From: Octopus vulgaris
Taxonomy: Eukaryota
Length of the DNA stretch: 64,000 nt
Direction of reading: 5' to 3'
NCBI GenBank assembly: GCA_951406725.2
Contig: OX597823.1
Location: forward strand, 10,850,001-10,914,000
Under the pieces are notes generated by a model. That model had not been told where the DNA came from, searched no databases, and worked only from the letters and a program-made list of their open reading frames with translations. Positions 1-12,379 of this stretch are shown piece by piece; positions within the stretch are counted from its first letter, which is position 1; each line of letters begins with the position of its first letter. A program made the translations under genes and the position numbers.

Positions 1-297
1 TCAGGATTGAAATACATGGCTGACAGGTTTATAATATCCGACTTACCATAAAACAATATCAGAGAATAGCTATTTACACAGAGTGTTATATTTTCTTTAA
101 TTGTCCATTAGTATTATCTACAACAATCGGGTTGCTGCTTGAGAGGATTTTTGTAATTTTTCTAGCAACTATGATCGTATCCAGATCACCAATAGGGCGG
201 TTATAATATGAGAAAGATTCGGTTGTTATTTATAACAAGGAAAGTGACTATATAGGAGCTCTCTGTCGTTTTAAAAAAGGATTCCAGATAAGCTAGT

Positions 298-706
298 CTA
301 TTTCTTTACTACCCACAAGGGGCTAAACACAGAGGGGACAAACAAGAACAGACACACGGATTACATCGACCCCAGTGCGTCACTGGTACTTAATTTATCG
401 ACCCCGAAAGGATGAAAGGCAAAGTCGACCTCAGCGGAATTTGAACACAGAACGTAGCGGCAGACGAAATACCTATTTCTTTACTACCTACAGGGAGATA
501 AACACAGAAGGGACAAATAAGGACAGACAAACGGATTAAGTCGATTACATCGACCCCAGTACGTAACTGGTAATTATTTAATTGACCCCGAAAGGATGAA
601 AGGCAAAGTCGACCTCGGTGGAATTTGAACTCAGAACGTAACGGCAGACGAAATACGGCTACGCATTTCGCCTGGCGTGCTAACGTTTCTGCCAGCTCGC
701 CGCCTT
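298..706 (-). mobile_element. tRNA-headed SINE family A, composite copy (full unit plus second headless body)
   Basis: Minus strand begins GGCGGCGAGCTGGCAGAAACGTTAGC (A-box-like) and has a B-box GAGTTCAAATTCC. Body CCTTTCATCCTTTCGGGGTCGATAAA, 3' end AAAGAAATAG. Flanked by a 17-18 bp target-site duplication (TSD) ATTCCAGATAAGCTAGTC (281-298, 707-724). Confidence 0.85.
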
Positions 707-1219
707 ATTCCAGATAAGCTAGTCACCGATATGTAACATTATAGGATGATTACGCCTCTAACCCACTTGGTTATAGGCCTGCTCGTTCAGGTCTCGCTTG
801 TAGATAAACAACAAATACAGCAACACTTTGTTAATCAAACCGCAAATGTTTGTTCGACATGCATGACACAGCAACCAAATCCGCTTCAAATCACAGCGTG
901 CTGTCTTAAAGAAATTGTAAACGAAGAAAATAGTGCAGCTAAAGAAAAAGTAACGTTACCCAAGTAATGTTTTGTAGATAGCAATCAAACTACATCCTTA
1001 TCTTAAAATTGTATGATTTTTGTCCCTAGTCAAGATAAATCAATGCCCTTCGTTCTTAGTCTCCAGTAAAGCACCACAATGTTACATAAATAGTAATGTA
1101 ATGTATTCATGTATTGATTGCTATCGAAAAGCAAAACCTGTTTTCCTCTCTTCCAAGCCTTGAGAGATGCCCTAATTGCCAGTGCATAATTCCAATGTCA
1201 AGGTGATCAGCTGAGATAA

Positions 1220-1228
1220 AACACACAC

Positions 1229-1283
<55 letters not shown>

Positions 1284-2175
1284 CACGTGCTAGTATATGT
1301 ATATATATGTGTGTGTGCGTGTATGTGTACCTGTATGTGTATACGTGTATGCACGTCTGTATGTATACATATACATATATATATGAATGTGTGTGTGTGT
1401 ACTTGTATGTGTATAGTGTATGTATACATATGTATATGAATGTGTGTGTGTATTTGTATGTGTATATGTGTATGTACGTGTGTATGTATACATATATATA
1501 TGAATGTGTGTGTGTATTTGTATGTGTATATGTGTATGTACGTGTGTATGTATACATATATATATGAATGTGTGTGTATATGTGTATGTGTATATGTGTA
1601 TGTACGTGTGTATGTATACATATATATGTGAATGTGTGTGTGTGTACTTGTATGTGTATAGTGTATGTATACATATATATATGAATGTGTGTGTGTATTT
1701 GTATGTGTATATGTGTATGTACGTATGTATGTATACATATATATATGAATGTGTGTGTGTACTTGTATGTGTATAGTGTATGTATACATATATATATGAA
1801 TGTGTGTGTGTATTTGTATGTGTATATGTGTATGTACGTGTGTATGTATACATATATATATGAATGTGTGTGTGTGTACTTGTATGTGTATAGTGTATGT
1901 ATACATATATATATGAATGTGTGTGTGTATTTGTATGTGTATATGTGTATGTACGTGTGTATGTATACATATATATATGAATGTGTGTGTGTATTTGTAC
2001 TTGTATGTGTATAGTGTATGTATACATATATATATGAATGTGTGTGTGTACTTGTATGTGTATAGTGTATGTACGTATGTATGTATACATATATATATGA
2101 ATGTGTGTGTACTTGTATGAGTATACGTGTGTATACGTAAGTATATACGTATGTACATACATATGTGTATTTGTG
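1220..2175. repeat. (CA)n followed by a higher-order TG/TA satellite with ~54-64 bp units
   Basis: Recurring unit TGAATGTGTGTGTGTA(T/C)TTGTATGTGTATA...GTATACATATATATA; source of the spurious H/T/Y/I ORFs. Confidence 0.95.
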
Positions 2176-2394
2176 CATATATGTGCTTGTAAGTGCGCAT
2201 GTACCCAGTCCCTCACATTTAAAAATAAAACTGAATAATAACGATTAGACTTTGTTTTTTTAACCTTGATCATAGAACTGCTTGATCAGAACTCGCCTGG
2301 GTTCAATCAATAACGTCAACGATAAACAGTGCTGGGCTCAGAGAATATGCAATAAAATTCTCTCTATGTAGAAACAGAACGAAACCTAGCAATG

Positions 2395-2932
2395 ATTGTT
2401 TTGTTTGTTCCTTCTCGATCCACACCTGGCACATTGGGGCCGGTTTCCCGGTTTCCTTAGCGTATAGTTTCCCCACCTGGACGGGGCGCCGGTCCGTCGC
2501 TGGTGAGCTGCAAGATGCAGAAGGAAAGAGTTGAGAGAAAGTTGTGGCGAAAGAGTCAGCAGATGTTCGCCAATACCTTCTGCCGTAGCCGCGTGGAGCT
2601 TAGGTGTTTCGCTCATAAACACACACAACGCCCCGTTTGAGATTCGAACCTGTGATCCCTTGATCGCGAGACCGCTGCTCTAACCTATTTCTTTACTACC
2701 CACAAGGGGCTAAACATAGAGAGGACGAACAAGGACAGACAAACGGATTAAGTCGATCATATCGACCCCAGTGCGTAACTGTACTTATTTAATCGACCCC
2801 GAAAGGATGAAAGGCAAAGTCGACTTCGGCGGAATTTGAACTCAGAACGTAACGGCAGACGAAATACCGCTAAGCATTTCGCCCGGCGCGCTAACGTTTC
2901 TGCCAGCTCACCACTAGGCCATGTGCCTTCAC
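2395..2932 (-). mobile_element. tRNA-headed SINE (group C) interrupted in its head by a family A SINE
   Basis: Minus-strand head GTGAAGGCACATGGCCTAGTGG|...|TTAGAGCAGCGG...GGTTCGAATCTC is split by 2685-2912. Middle shared with 16731-17119, tail shared with 50744-50995. Confidence 0.7.
2685..2912 (-). mobile_element. SINE family A, nested in a group C SINE
   Basis: Near-identical to the unit at 474-706. Confidence 0.85.
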
Positions 2933-3276
2933 CAATGATATACAAATATTGATATACAAATATAAAAATATCATGTTATCAGCAACGATATACAAGTATA
3001 AAGATATCGTGATATAAATTGTATATCAGCAATGATATAGAAATAGATAAATATCTTCTTATCGATGAGTCTTTTGCACAGATATCTTGTTTGTATAATT
3101 GTTGTTGTTGTTGTTGTTTTCTGCCGCTGCTGCTACTGTTGTTGTTTTTGTTGTTGTTTAACCTCTTTCAACACTCGACAGACTATAACTTATGATCAAG
3201 GACATTCCAACCGCGGCCATCCTATTTCTTTTCAGAGTTAGTACTTTTCATGAATTCTATATATTTTAAAATTCGT

Positions 3277-3805
3277 TTACTTGCTTCAGACAATTGACTG
3301 TGGCCATGCTGGGGCATTACTCTGGAGGGTCTTCTTCATTAAATCCACTTCAACATTTATTTTAAGTGTAGTATATTTTTCTATCGAATTCCTTTTGCTG
3401 AACCGCCATTTTACAAAGATAGAACTAATTAAGCGGTGAAACATATATTCACACACATACATATATAAAGATATAAGTGCATATAAATATATGTGTTTGT
3501 ACGTGTGTGTACATATGTATGTGCATACATACATATACACGCACACATACACACATACGTACAAACATACATACATACATACATACATACATACATACAT
3601 ACATACATACATACATACATACATACATACATACATACGTATTCGGTATATGTTAAGCGGCTAAACAATTTCCGTCTATCAAATTCGTTGACAGTTGGTC
3701 AGCCCTGGGCTATTACAAAAGATGCTCATAGTGTGCCATATGGAGTCACTGAACCGGAAACCACGTGGCTGCAAAATAAATTTCATTTCATAGCAATGCC
3801 TGGTT
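3277..3805 (-). mobile_element. Old SINE family B copy with expanded internal (CATA)n microsatellite
   Basis: Diverged tail half (TTGACTGTGGCCATGCTGG, 3277-3420) and diverged head half (3668-3805) flank a (CATA)n tract. Confidence 0.55.
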
Positions 3806-5491
3806 TAGAACTTTATATTTGGAGTACCTTCTTTTGTAACGTTTGAGTATGATTTTAGAGGGGAAATATCTGTTACTTCTAGCAGATCGAATAATTCCTT
3901 AGAAGCATCCTCGTTGGTTCATGCTTGCTAGTTTTATAATAGACTCGCTGTAGTAGTCAGCACTAACATGGCATTTACTTGATGTGGGTTAGATTTGAAT
4001 AAAACCTCCGAGCAGATTTATTGTAACGATTGACAACCAAAATGAAATCAAAGTATGAATGAAATATCTTAAAATATACTTTCTATTATAATCAGATGAC
4101 GATGATAATTTTGCGCATGCGTTTAAATAATTGGCATATTCTGATATTTCACTCTTTGACTATGTACACACACTATTCAATGAAAATATTTCTGCCTTTA
4201 CATTAGAGTCACGGTTGCGAGTGTCGTAATAGATTGAATGTTATTGCTTTCTCTGAGGATAATATTAACAGTCACGTCTGAAGTTTTATGGTCTTTCCAC
4301 AAGAATAAATTTAGTTTAAAAGGTTTTGTTCATATACATCACGTGATTCTGTTAATACTTCCGGTTAATTAAAAACACAAGCTTATTATTGAAATTTTGC
4401 TTTGAAATCGGCCCATTATTATTTGATTAGGAAACTACTTCCTATGATAATATTGCTCTCACACGCACACATCCTCATTTGAATTTGCTTGAACACAATC
4501 TGAACACATAGGCAGGGATGTTTTAACGGCCCTTATCGCCATTATTACAAATAGGCATTATTTGTGTTATTGTTTTCGTTTCCAATTCTTATTGACACGA
4601 TTTCATAGTCTCTAACTATATTTTATTGCATGTCAAAGCAAACGTTATTCTATTATCTCAGTCGAATACATTATTATTATTATTATCATGTCTATCTCTT
4701 GAACGATCTCTGACCACCCAATCAATGATTTTCAAAGCGTATTTGATCTCAAACCGACCATTTCAAACTGATTGTCTTCGGATAAACAACAGCCTAGAGA
4801 TGTTATCTGAACTCTCGGCCAGGAGGTAAAAAGTCGAACAATAGGCTGTTATGACTCATAATTATAGCCAACAGACGGCATGAAGCTTTTAATATCGACG
4901 TCCTGTAGCGAAATCCTCACTATCAATGCTAGATTGAAAACAAGGCGACAAAACTGTATCACTAATATCTCTTGTACTGTTTTATCGCTGTGAAATCTAA
5001 GAGAAATGATCAGAAATATGGTTAACAGTGCAATCATTGATTCAAAACTACAAGATATTTCTGAATATAACTCATAAGTTATTGAAATAATGCCTGATAT
5101 CAAGCAAAGATAATATTCATAAGTTCATAGCTGAACAAGTTTCCCAATACTAAGGACAATATTATTTAACGATAGCCATCAATCTTTCTAAAAATGAAAA
5201 TTCTATTGTTGTCGGATTTGGGGACGAAAGTATCAAAGAATAAGGAGCTTTGAATGATGTTGGTGGGGGAAGGCTTGAGACGGAATACGGGATCTTTTAC
5301 ACAAACTATATTCTTATGTATATAGTCATTTCTGCTTCTGTTTGAGTGTATGCGTTCGCGCGCTCGTGTGTATACGTGTGTGCATGCATGTGCGTGCATG
5401 TGTGTGTGTGTATATGTGTATGTGCGTGCATGCGTGCGCACATAATCGCAGAAAAGCATTTAGTATGATATTTATAGGTTTAAAAAAATTA

Positions 5492-5724
5492 TTCTTTTAC
5501 TCTTTTACTTGTTTCAGTCATTTGACTGTGGCCATGCTGGAGCATCGCCTTTAGTCGAGCAAATCGACCCCAAGACTTATTCTTTGTAAGCCTGGTACTT
5601 ATTCTATCGTACTCTTTGCCGAAGCGATAAGTTACGTAAATACACCACCATCAGTTGTCAAGCGATGTTGGAGGGGGGGACAAACACAGACATACAAACA
5701 TATACACACACACACACACACACA

Positions 5725-5779
<55 letters not shown>

Positions 5780-5946
5780 TACGATAGGCTTCTTTCAGTT
5801 TCTGTCTACCATCTCCACTCACAAGGCTTTGGTCGGCCCGAGGCTATAGTAGAAGACACTTGCCCAGGGTACCACGCAGTGGGAATGAACCCGGAACCAT
5901 GTGGTTGGTAAGCAAACTACTTACCACACAGCCACTCCTGCACCTA
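5492..5946 (-). mobile_element. tRNA-headed SINE family B, full length
   Basis: Minus strand AGGTGCAGGAGTGGCTGTGTGG (A box), GGTTCATTCCC (B box), CTGGGCAAGTGTCTT central motif, internal (TA)n/(TG)n, tail (AAGAGTAA)n; many homologous copies in the window. Confidence 0.85.
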
Positions 5947-6315
5947 TATGACAAACTTAATAGAATGTTAAATAGAATGCCCCACAGTATTTCTTCTGAC
6001 ACTCAGCTCCCTGAGTTCAAATCCCATCGTATATAAGCAAGCCTGAGCAAGTTGCTTTTGAGGAAGACCGGTAGTTGTCCATGCATCAAAGTCTTCTCTT
6101 GTCGTAATATCAATGTTATCTAATGGAAAGGCCGTCGACTTGAACCGACACTGCTTGACACCAGTGTCGTCGTAGGTGCTGTTATCAAAACACAAAGTTA
6201 AAATAACTCGCCTGATTCTCTGTTATAATTCGGGGTGGTGGATTAGTGGATCCGTTAGAGAAAATGCCTTACGTTATCTTCTTCCGTCCTTTACATGCTG
6301 ACAGGGGGGGGGGGG

Positions 6316-6478
6316 GGAGCACTCCGTCGGTTACGACGACGAGGGTTCCCGTTGATCCGAATCAACGGAACAGCCTGCTCGTGAAATTAACGTGTAAGTG
6401 GCTGAGCACTCCACAGACACGTGTACCCTTAACGTAGTTCTCGGGGATATTCAGCGTGACACAGAGAGTGACAAGGCT
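6316..6478 (-). mobile_element. 3' fragment of group C SINE
   Basis: Matches 16735-16895 (AGCACTCCGTCGGTTAC...GAGAGTGACAAGGC). Confidence 0.75.
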
Positions 6479-6479
6479 T

Positions 6480-6642
6480 TTATGTATGTATGTATGTATG
6501 TATGTGTGTATATATGTGTGTGTATGTATGTATGTATGTGTGTGTGTATGTATGTGTGTGTATGTATGTATGTATGTATGTATGTATGTATGTATGCATG
6601 TATGTACGTATGTGTGTGTATGTATGTGTGTGTATGTATGCA

Positions 6643-6673
<31 letters not shown>

Positions 6674-7116
6674 ATGTGTGTGTGTGTGTATATGTGTGTG
6701 TGTATGTATGTATGTGTGTGTGTATGTATGTGTGTGTATGTATGTATGTATGTATGTATGTATGTATGTATGTATGCATGTATGTACGTATGTGTGTGTA
6801 TGTATGTGTGTGTATGTATGCATGTGTGTGTGTGTATGTATGTGTGTATGTATGTATGTATGTGTGTGTGTATGTATGTGTGTGTATGTATGTGTGTGTA
6901 GGTATGCATGTGTGTGTATGTATGTGTGTGTATGTATGTATGTATGTGTGTGTGTATGTATGTGTGTGAGTATGTATGTATGTATGTATGTATGTATGTA
7001 TGTATGTATGTATGTATGTATGTGTGTATATATGTGTGTGTATGTATGTATGCATGTATGTACGTATGTGTGTGTGTGTGTAAGTATATGTATGTATGTA
7101 TGTGTGTGTGTATGTA

Positions 7117-7153
<37 letters not shown>

Positions 7154-7210
7154 ATGTATGTATGTATGTATGTATGTATGTATGTATGTATGTATGCATG
7201 TATGTATGTT
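6480..7210. repeat. Compound (TATG)n/(TG)n microsatellite with ~180-bp higher-order duplication
   Basis: Direct reading; the marker TGCATGTATGTACGTATG recurs near 6595, 6775 and 7031. Confidence 0.95.
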
Positions 7211-7239
7211 CATGAATTTATGCATATATTCTTTACCGC

Positions 7240-7700
7240 CAAAGAAAAAATAGCAGCTTATTATTCGCCTGCATGAGAGACAACCATGCATTAGAAAGCA
7301 TAATAATCCTTGATCACCACATTTATTGATGTTCACGATCTATTTTGTTGTTGAAAACTCACTTCTTTGCTTTGATTACACCGTCATTCATGTTCTTGAT
7401 ATCTCTTAATCTTTTCAAATTTCATATTTTTTTCTTTTCTTCTGTGCTATCTATATTTCCAGTCACAGTGAATACTAACAATTCTGGTTGATATTACATG
7501 ACCTTGGTGAACTCTTTGGCCGCTTAATCCTGGATGCAAAAATTAATCTTCAATGTCAACGACTAAATCTTGATCCGTTCATAATCTCGCTATTAATTTC
7601 TTTTCTGTTCAGTCTCTTTCAATTTCTCATAATGTTCACAGCTGCTTAAACCGTTTCTAACTTGCATGTTTTGTCAGCAGCGCTGATGGAAGACGTGAAT
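7240..7700 (-). pseudogene. Possible highly decayed DNA-transposase relic (Merlin/ISXO2-like?)
   Basis: Frameshifted peptides DLVVDIED, RVHQGHVI and IMLSNAW loosely recall Merlin VEIDE / KYxRGR / IxSDxW motifs in the right order; weak. Confidence 0.2.
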
Positions 7701-8233
7701 GGAAGAAAATAAGAAAGGATTCTTAGAAACTAGGACAACCAATATAATTATTTCCAGCATGCAGCAGTTCTAATCAAAAAAAATAATCATCTCAGCATCA
7801 TTGTTACCAGTCTTCTTAGATGCTTTTATTTCCAGCCTAGGTATACGTGTATGTATATGTGTGTGTATGTGTGTGTGTACGTATACCTGTAGTATATATG
7901 TATATATATGAAAGTATTTTTATTTATATATATGTATATATACATGCATATACATTCATATATAGGAATATATGAGAATATATATATATATATATTATAT
8001 TATTACATGATCGAACGCCACATATCCATTTCCAAGTAAGTTTTATCTTAATAATTCCGATGTGCACTCTATAGCCTATCTCTATTCTATCTCCCTCTCT
8101 TGTTCGTCTTCCTTTCTATTTTTCTCTCCCCTCCTTTCTGTAATTCTTCTCCTCTCTCCTTCACCGCTTTCTCTCTCTCTCTCTCACTTTTCCTCTTTGA
8201 CTCTCTCGTTGCTCCCAAGTGACCAACGGCTAT

Positions 8234-9066
8234 CTATCTTTCTTTTTTCTTCAAAACTTCGATCAAACGCTCTAATTGCTGACAGTAGACTTGAGAATTG
8301 ATTGTTGCATTAGGTGGTAACAATTCAAAGTGAATTACTCCTTTGCAATCCCACCAGATAGAGAGAAGAAATTTTTCCCACGAAGTTTCCTTCACGGTTG
8401 TGGTTGAGCTTTTTTTTCCTTTTACCAAGCCACTATCTACGACCATTTTTCGTCACCTGTCACAAGTCCATCCAAAAAGGATGAAATGAGTTCACGAGAA
8501 TGGATAGAAGAGCAGATGTCAATTCAGGATTTGCGGTTGCTTTCGGACAATTCATGAGGCACCATTTTCCAAGTTCAGGAACGTTTCCAAGTTGTTGAAG
8601 ATGATGATGGACAGCTGTATGGTTTGAACTAAACTTTATTGCCAATTCTTCAACTGATAATGCAGGATTTTCTTCAAGTAATGCCTCAAGGAACTTATCA
8701 TCAAACTCAACTGGACGCCCTGTTTGATCTTCAACTTTAAGGCTGAAATCTCCACTTCTGAATTTTTCAAACTATCTTCTGCAAGTTCTTTTATTCAAGC
8801 GTTCTTTTCCATAAGCTGAGTGTGTTTCGAGTCGCTTCGACTGCAGAGTTTCCTTTTTTGTACTCATAAAGCATTATGTGCCTAAAACTTTCAGGTTAGA
8901 AAGGGTTTTAATCAAAGAAATTTTAATTCTATTAATCTGTAAAATAATATTTAATTAGTTTAAATGTACACAAATGCATAAAAACTTTTAATTCCATAAG
9001 ACATTCTAAAATACTATTAAATTTTATTCAATTTTAAAAAAGGACAGAACTTATGGGATGACCTGA
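8234..9066 (-). mobile_element. 3'-truncated, decayed mariner element
   Basis: Transposase remnants HHHLQQLG..LGKW, VTGDEKW, LLSIWWDCKGVIHFELLPPNATINSQVYCQQL; one TIR-like end (TA)TCAGGTCATCCCATAAGTTCTGTCC next to TA at ~9067. Confidence 0.8.
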
Positions 9067-9304
9067 TATATCATATATATATATATATATAGTTATCTAT
9101 TTATTCATCTATCTATCTATATATATATATATATATATTTCTTTCTTTCTCTCTCTCTCTCTCTGTATATATATATATATATATATATTGCTAGCTAGAT
9201 AGATGGATATAGTTACACACAAACATACACACAAACAAATGTACATATTTTCATATGATGTTAGCGCACCGTCGTTTCGCTCATGTTGCCGTTGTGTGTG
9301 CGGC

Positions 9305-9368
<64 letters not shown>

Positions 9369-9370
<2 letters not shown>

Positions 9371-10590
9371 CGATAGGCAAATTGTCACCATTTTATATTT
9401 TTAATTTCGCACATGCGCATTGTTTGTTCTTTGATTTTGTCAACTACATAGTATACTAGGGTCAGTTGGGCACCGTCTGTGAGAAAAACAGCACCATAAC
9501 GCAATTCACTCTGCCAGAAACTTGGAAACCACATGATGTTCTGCTTGGCGTTCGCGCCAGAAGCTCCAATACGAACGTTTCAGAGTGTTTGGGTGTCAAT
9601 CTGAGGACGTATACTGAGAGTGATAAAAATCAAACATCCAGTCAACATCTTGGTGTTTGGAGTGATCACAAGTGATGGCAACGTTAAGCCTCCATTCATC
9701 TTCCCACACGACCTGAGACTCACCATGGAGGCCTACATCAAATAATTGGAGGAGGTAGTGCTGCCTAAGGTCAAGAGGCTGGCTGCTGGAAGACCTTATA
9801 CTTGGCAACAGGACTCTGCACCATGCCGCACAAGCAGGAAGACCTAGTCATGGTTGTCAGACAATTTCTGTGATTACATCAACCCTAACACCTTGCCACC
9901 TAACTCCCCAGACTGCAACCCCCGTGATTATTACGTGGTGCAGTTGAACGAGAGGCCAACAAAACTCCTTGTAAAACCAAAGATGAACTGAAGGCAAGAA
10001 TTATGGCAACATTCACCAACTTAAACAAGGAGACCCTCCAGAAGAGGTACAGGAGATTCCGAAGTCGTCTGGAGGCTGTGACTGAAGCCAATGGCGAGTT
10101 CATTGAATAGATTTACTCTTTAGCATTTCAAGATATTTTTATATCATTTTGGTAAACATCTTTATATATAAAAGTGAGGTTGTGTGCTGTCTGTCTCCTA
10201 CGATTTAGATTCCTAACTACTCCCACATTTTGCGGTGCAGTTTAACCAAAACCGGGTATCTTATAGTCGTGATTCAAATCGAGCTTTTCTGGGTATTAGC
10301 GCGCGTCTACGATGAGTCTACGATTTAAAAAAAAAATTACCATGAATTTTTCCCATTTTTGGCATATATAAGGGAAGTAACTCTCTAAAAATTTATTATT
10401 AAATCTCAGAACGTAAAAAGCTTAGGTAACACCCCCCTCCCTTTGTGGTTAGCCATATTAAGATGGCTATTATACTTTACATCTCTAAAAATGCTTCTAT
10501 AGTTATTTCCCTTACAAACCCGAGCAACGCCGGGCGATACTGCTAGTATCTATTAAAATGAGATGTTAGTGTTATTTTCATTTTTGCATA
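9369..10590 (+). mobile_element. Internally deleted Tc1/mariner-superfamily element (maT/DD37D-like), interrupted by a Helitron
   Basis: Remnant peptides YTWQQDSAPCRTSR, SWLSDNF, PPNSPDCNPRDY, RFRSRLEAVTEANGEFIE*. Confidence 0.7.
10159..10546 (+). mobile_element. Non-autonomous Helitron
   Basis: 5' TC (TCTTTATATATAAAAGTG), subterminal hairpin CCCGAGCAACGCCGGG, 3' CTAG; inserted between A and T with no TSD. Confidence 0.9.
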
Positions 10591-10989
10591 ATTTATGCAT
10601 ATATATGTATGTGTGCGCGTGCGCTCGTGTATGTATATTTCCTTGCTGCATATCTTGCGCTTTTTCCCTCAGATCTTGACATACAATCATTTCGTTCTTT
10701 TTCTTTACCCTTTATTATTATTTGGAGGGTAGGGTTATTTGATTTCACAACAATGAATTTTAGATGCATCTTTAAAGAATCTCTAAGATATTGATATTTA
10801 GAATTTTATGGTTTTTTTATTGTCTTGTTTTATCTTCCAGTTCTTAGTTTGTAGGGTTTCCTCAATGTACTTTACATAATATTCGCCCGTAGCTGTCGCT
10901 TCTTTTTCTAGGAAATTAGTTTTCTTTGAGATCTTTCATTTGACGTCGTTTCGAAAAATCTACCTTTTTTTTTTTCATATCTTTAATTC

Positions 10990-11560
10990 AATGATAATGT
11001 ATGTGTGTGTGTATGTATGCATATATGCATGTATATATGTATGTATTATGTATGCGTATATATGAACATATGAATGTACGAGTATATGTATACGTATATG
11101 TATAAATGCATGTATATACAAATATGTGCGTATATATGTATGTATTGATGCAAGTATGTATGTATAAAGTATTATATATGCATATGTATATGATGCACAA
11201 ATATGTATATGCGTGTGTCTGCGTATATGTATTTATATGTTTATATATATATATATATGCATGTTTATATGTATGTGAGCATGAATGAATATGTATGTAT
11301 GTATGTATGTATGTATGCATGCATGTATGTATGTATGTATGTATGTATGTGTGTACGTGTGTATGTATGTATGTATGTATGTGTGTGTATGTATGTACGT
11401 ACGTGTGTATGTATGTATGTATGTATGTGTGTGTATGTATGTATGTGTGTGTATGTATGTATGTATGTATGTATGTATGTATGTATGTACGTACGTGTGT
11501 ATGTATGTATGTATGTATGTATGTGTGTGTGTATGTGTGTATGTATGTATGTGTGTACAG
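10990..11560. repeat. Degenerate TA/TG and (TATG)n microsatellite
   Basis: Direct reading. Confidence 0.9.
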
Positions 11561-11721
11561 TTCTGACGATGTCTTCAAGATGCTTATCCGTGCCTTTCCT
11601 TCTGTTAATATTATTCTCCTCTAAGGGGTTTGATATTTATTTCAAATTAAAAACCTTTATTTCAGATATCCATGTTACCCGCAAAATTAGTACAATGCAT
11701 AAAGCTGATACTGAAATAATA

Positions 11722-12121
11722 TCTTTATATATAAAAGTGAGTTTGTGTGCTGTCTGTCTCCTACGATTTAGATTCCTAACTACTCCCACATTTTGCGGTG
11801 CAGTTAAACCAAAACCGGGTATCTTATAGTCGTGATTCATATCGAGCCCTCCTGGGTATTAGCGCGCGTCTACGATGAGTCTACGATTTAAAAAAAAATT
11901 TACCATCATTTTTTCCCATTTTAATGCATTTTTTCGCTATTATATAAGGAAGTAACTCTCTAAAAATGTCTACGATGAGTCAACGATTTTAAAAAAAATT
12001 TACCATCATTTTTTTTCCCAATTTTAATGCATTTTTTGCTATTCTTTGGTTATAACTCTCTAAAAATGCTTATATAGTTATTTCTCTTACAAACCCGAGC
12101 AACGCCGGGCGATACTGCTAG
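11722..12121 (+). mobile_element. Non-autonomous Helitron (same family)
   Basis: A|TC...CCCGAGCAACGCCGGG...CTAG|T; internal ~100-bp duplication starting GTCTACGATGAGTC. Confidence 0.9.
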
Positions 12122-12379
12122 TTGTTAATAATACTATTACTGATGGTCACTCCAGTCGATTTCGACGTATGTGTGCCTGAACGAGAGGATTTAAAGAGAG
12201 AGATAGAGAGAGAGAGAGGGAGAGAGAGAAAGAGAGAGAGACAGAGACAGAGAGAGAGAGAGAGTGAAGACTTTAAAAATAAAAGAAGTTGCGTTGATGG
12301 GCGTTGATGGGTGTAATTTGATAGGTGCATGAATGTAATTTGTGTCCGAGTATGGATTTTTCTATGAAGATACAATGAG

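Noticed and set aside
1172-2273. Long H/T/Y/I- or C/V/M/Y-rich ORFs here and at 6362-7336, 10988-11829, 34056-34688 and elsewhere
   Set aside because: Translations of stop-free microsatellites, open in several frames on both strands.
5968-6195. 75-aa ORF with an apparent splice acceptor on the minus strand
   Set aside because: Overlaps a B-box (GAGTTCAAATCCC) and CCTGAGCAAGTT motif on the + strand, so more likely an old SINE; no recognisable domain or donor site.
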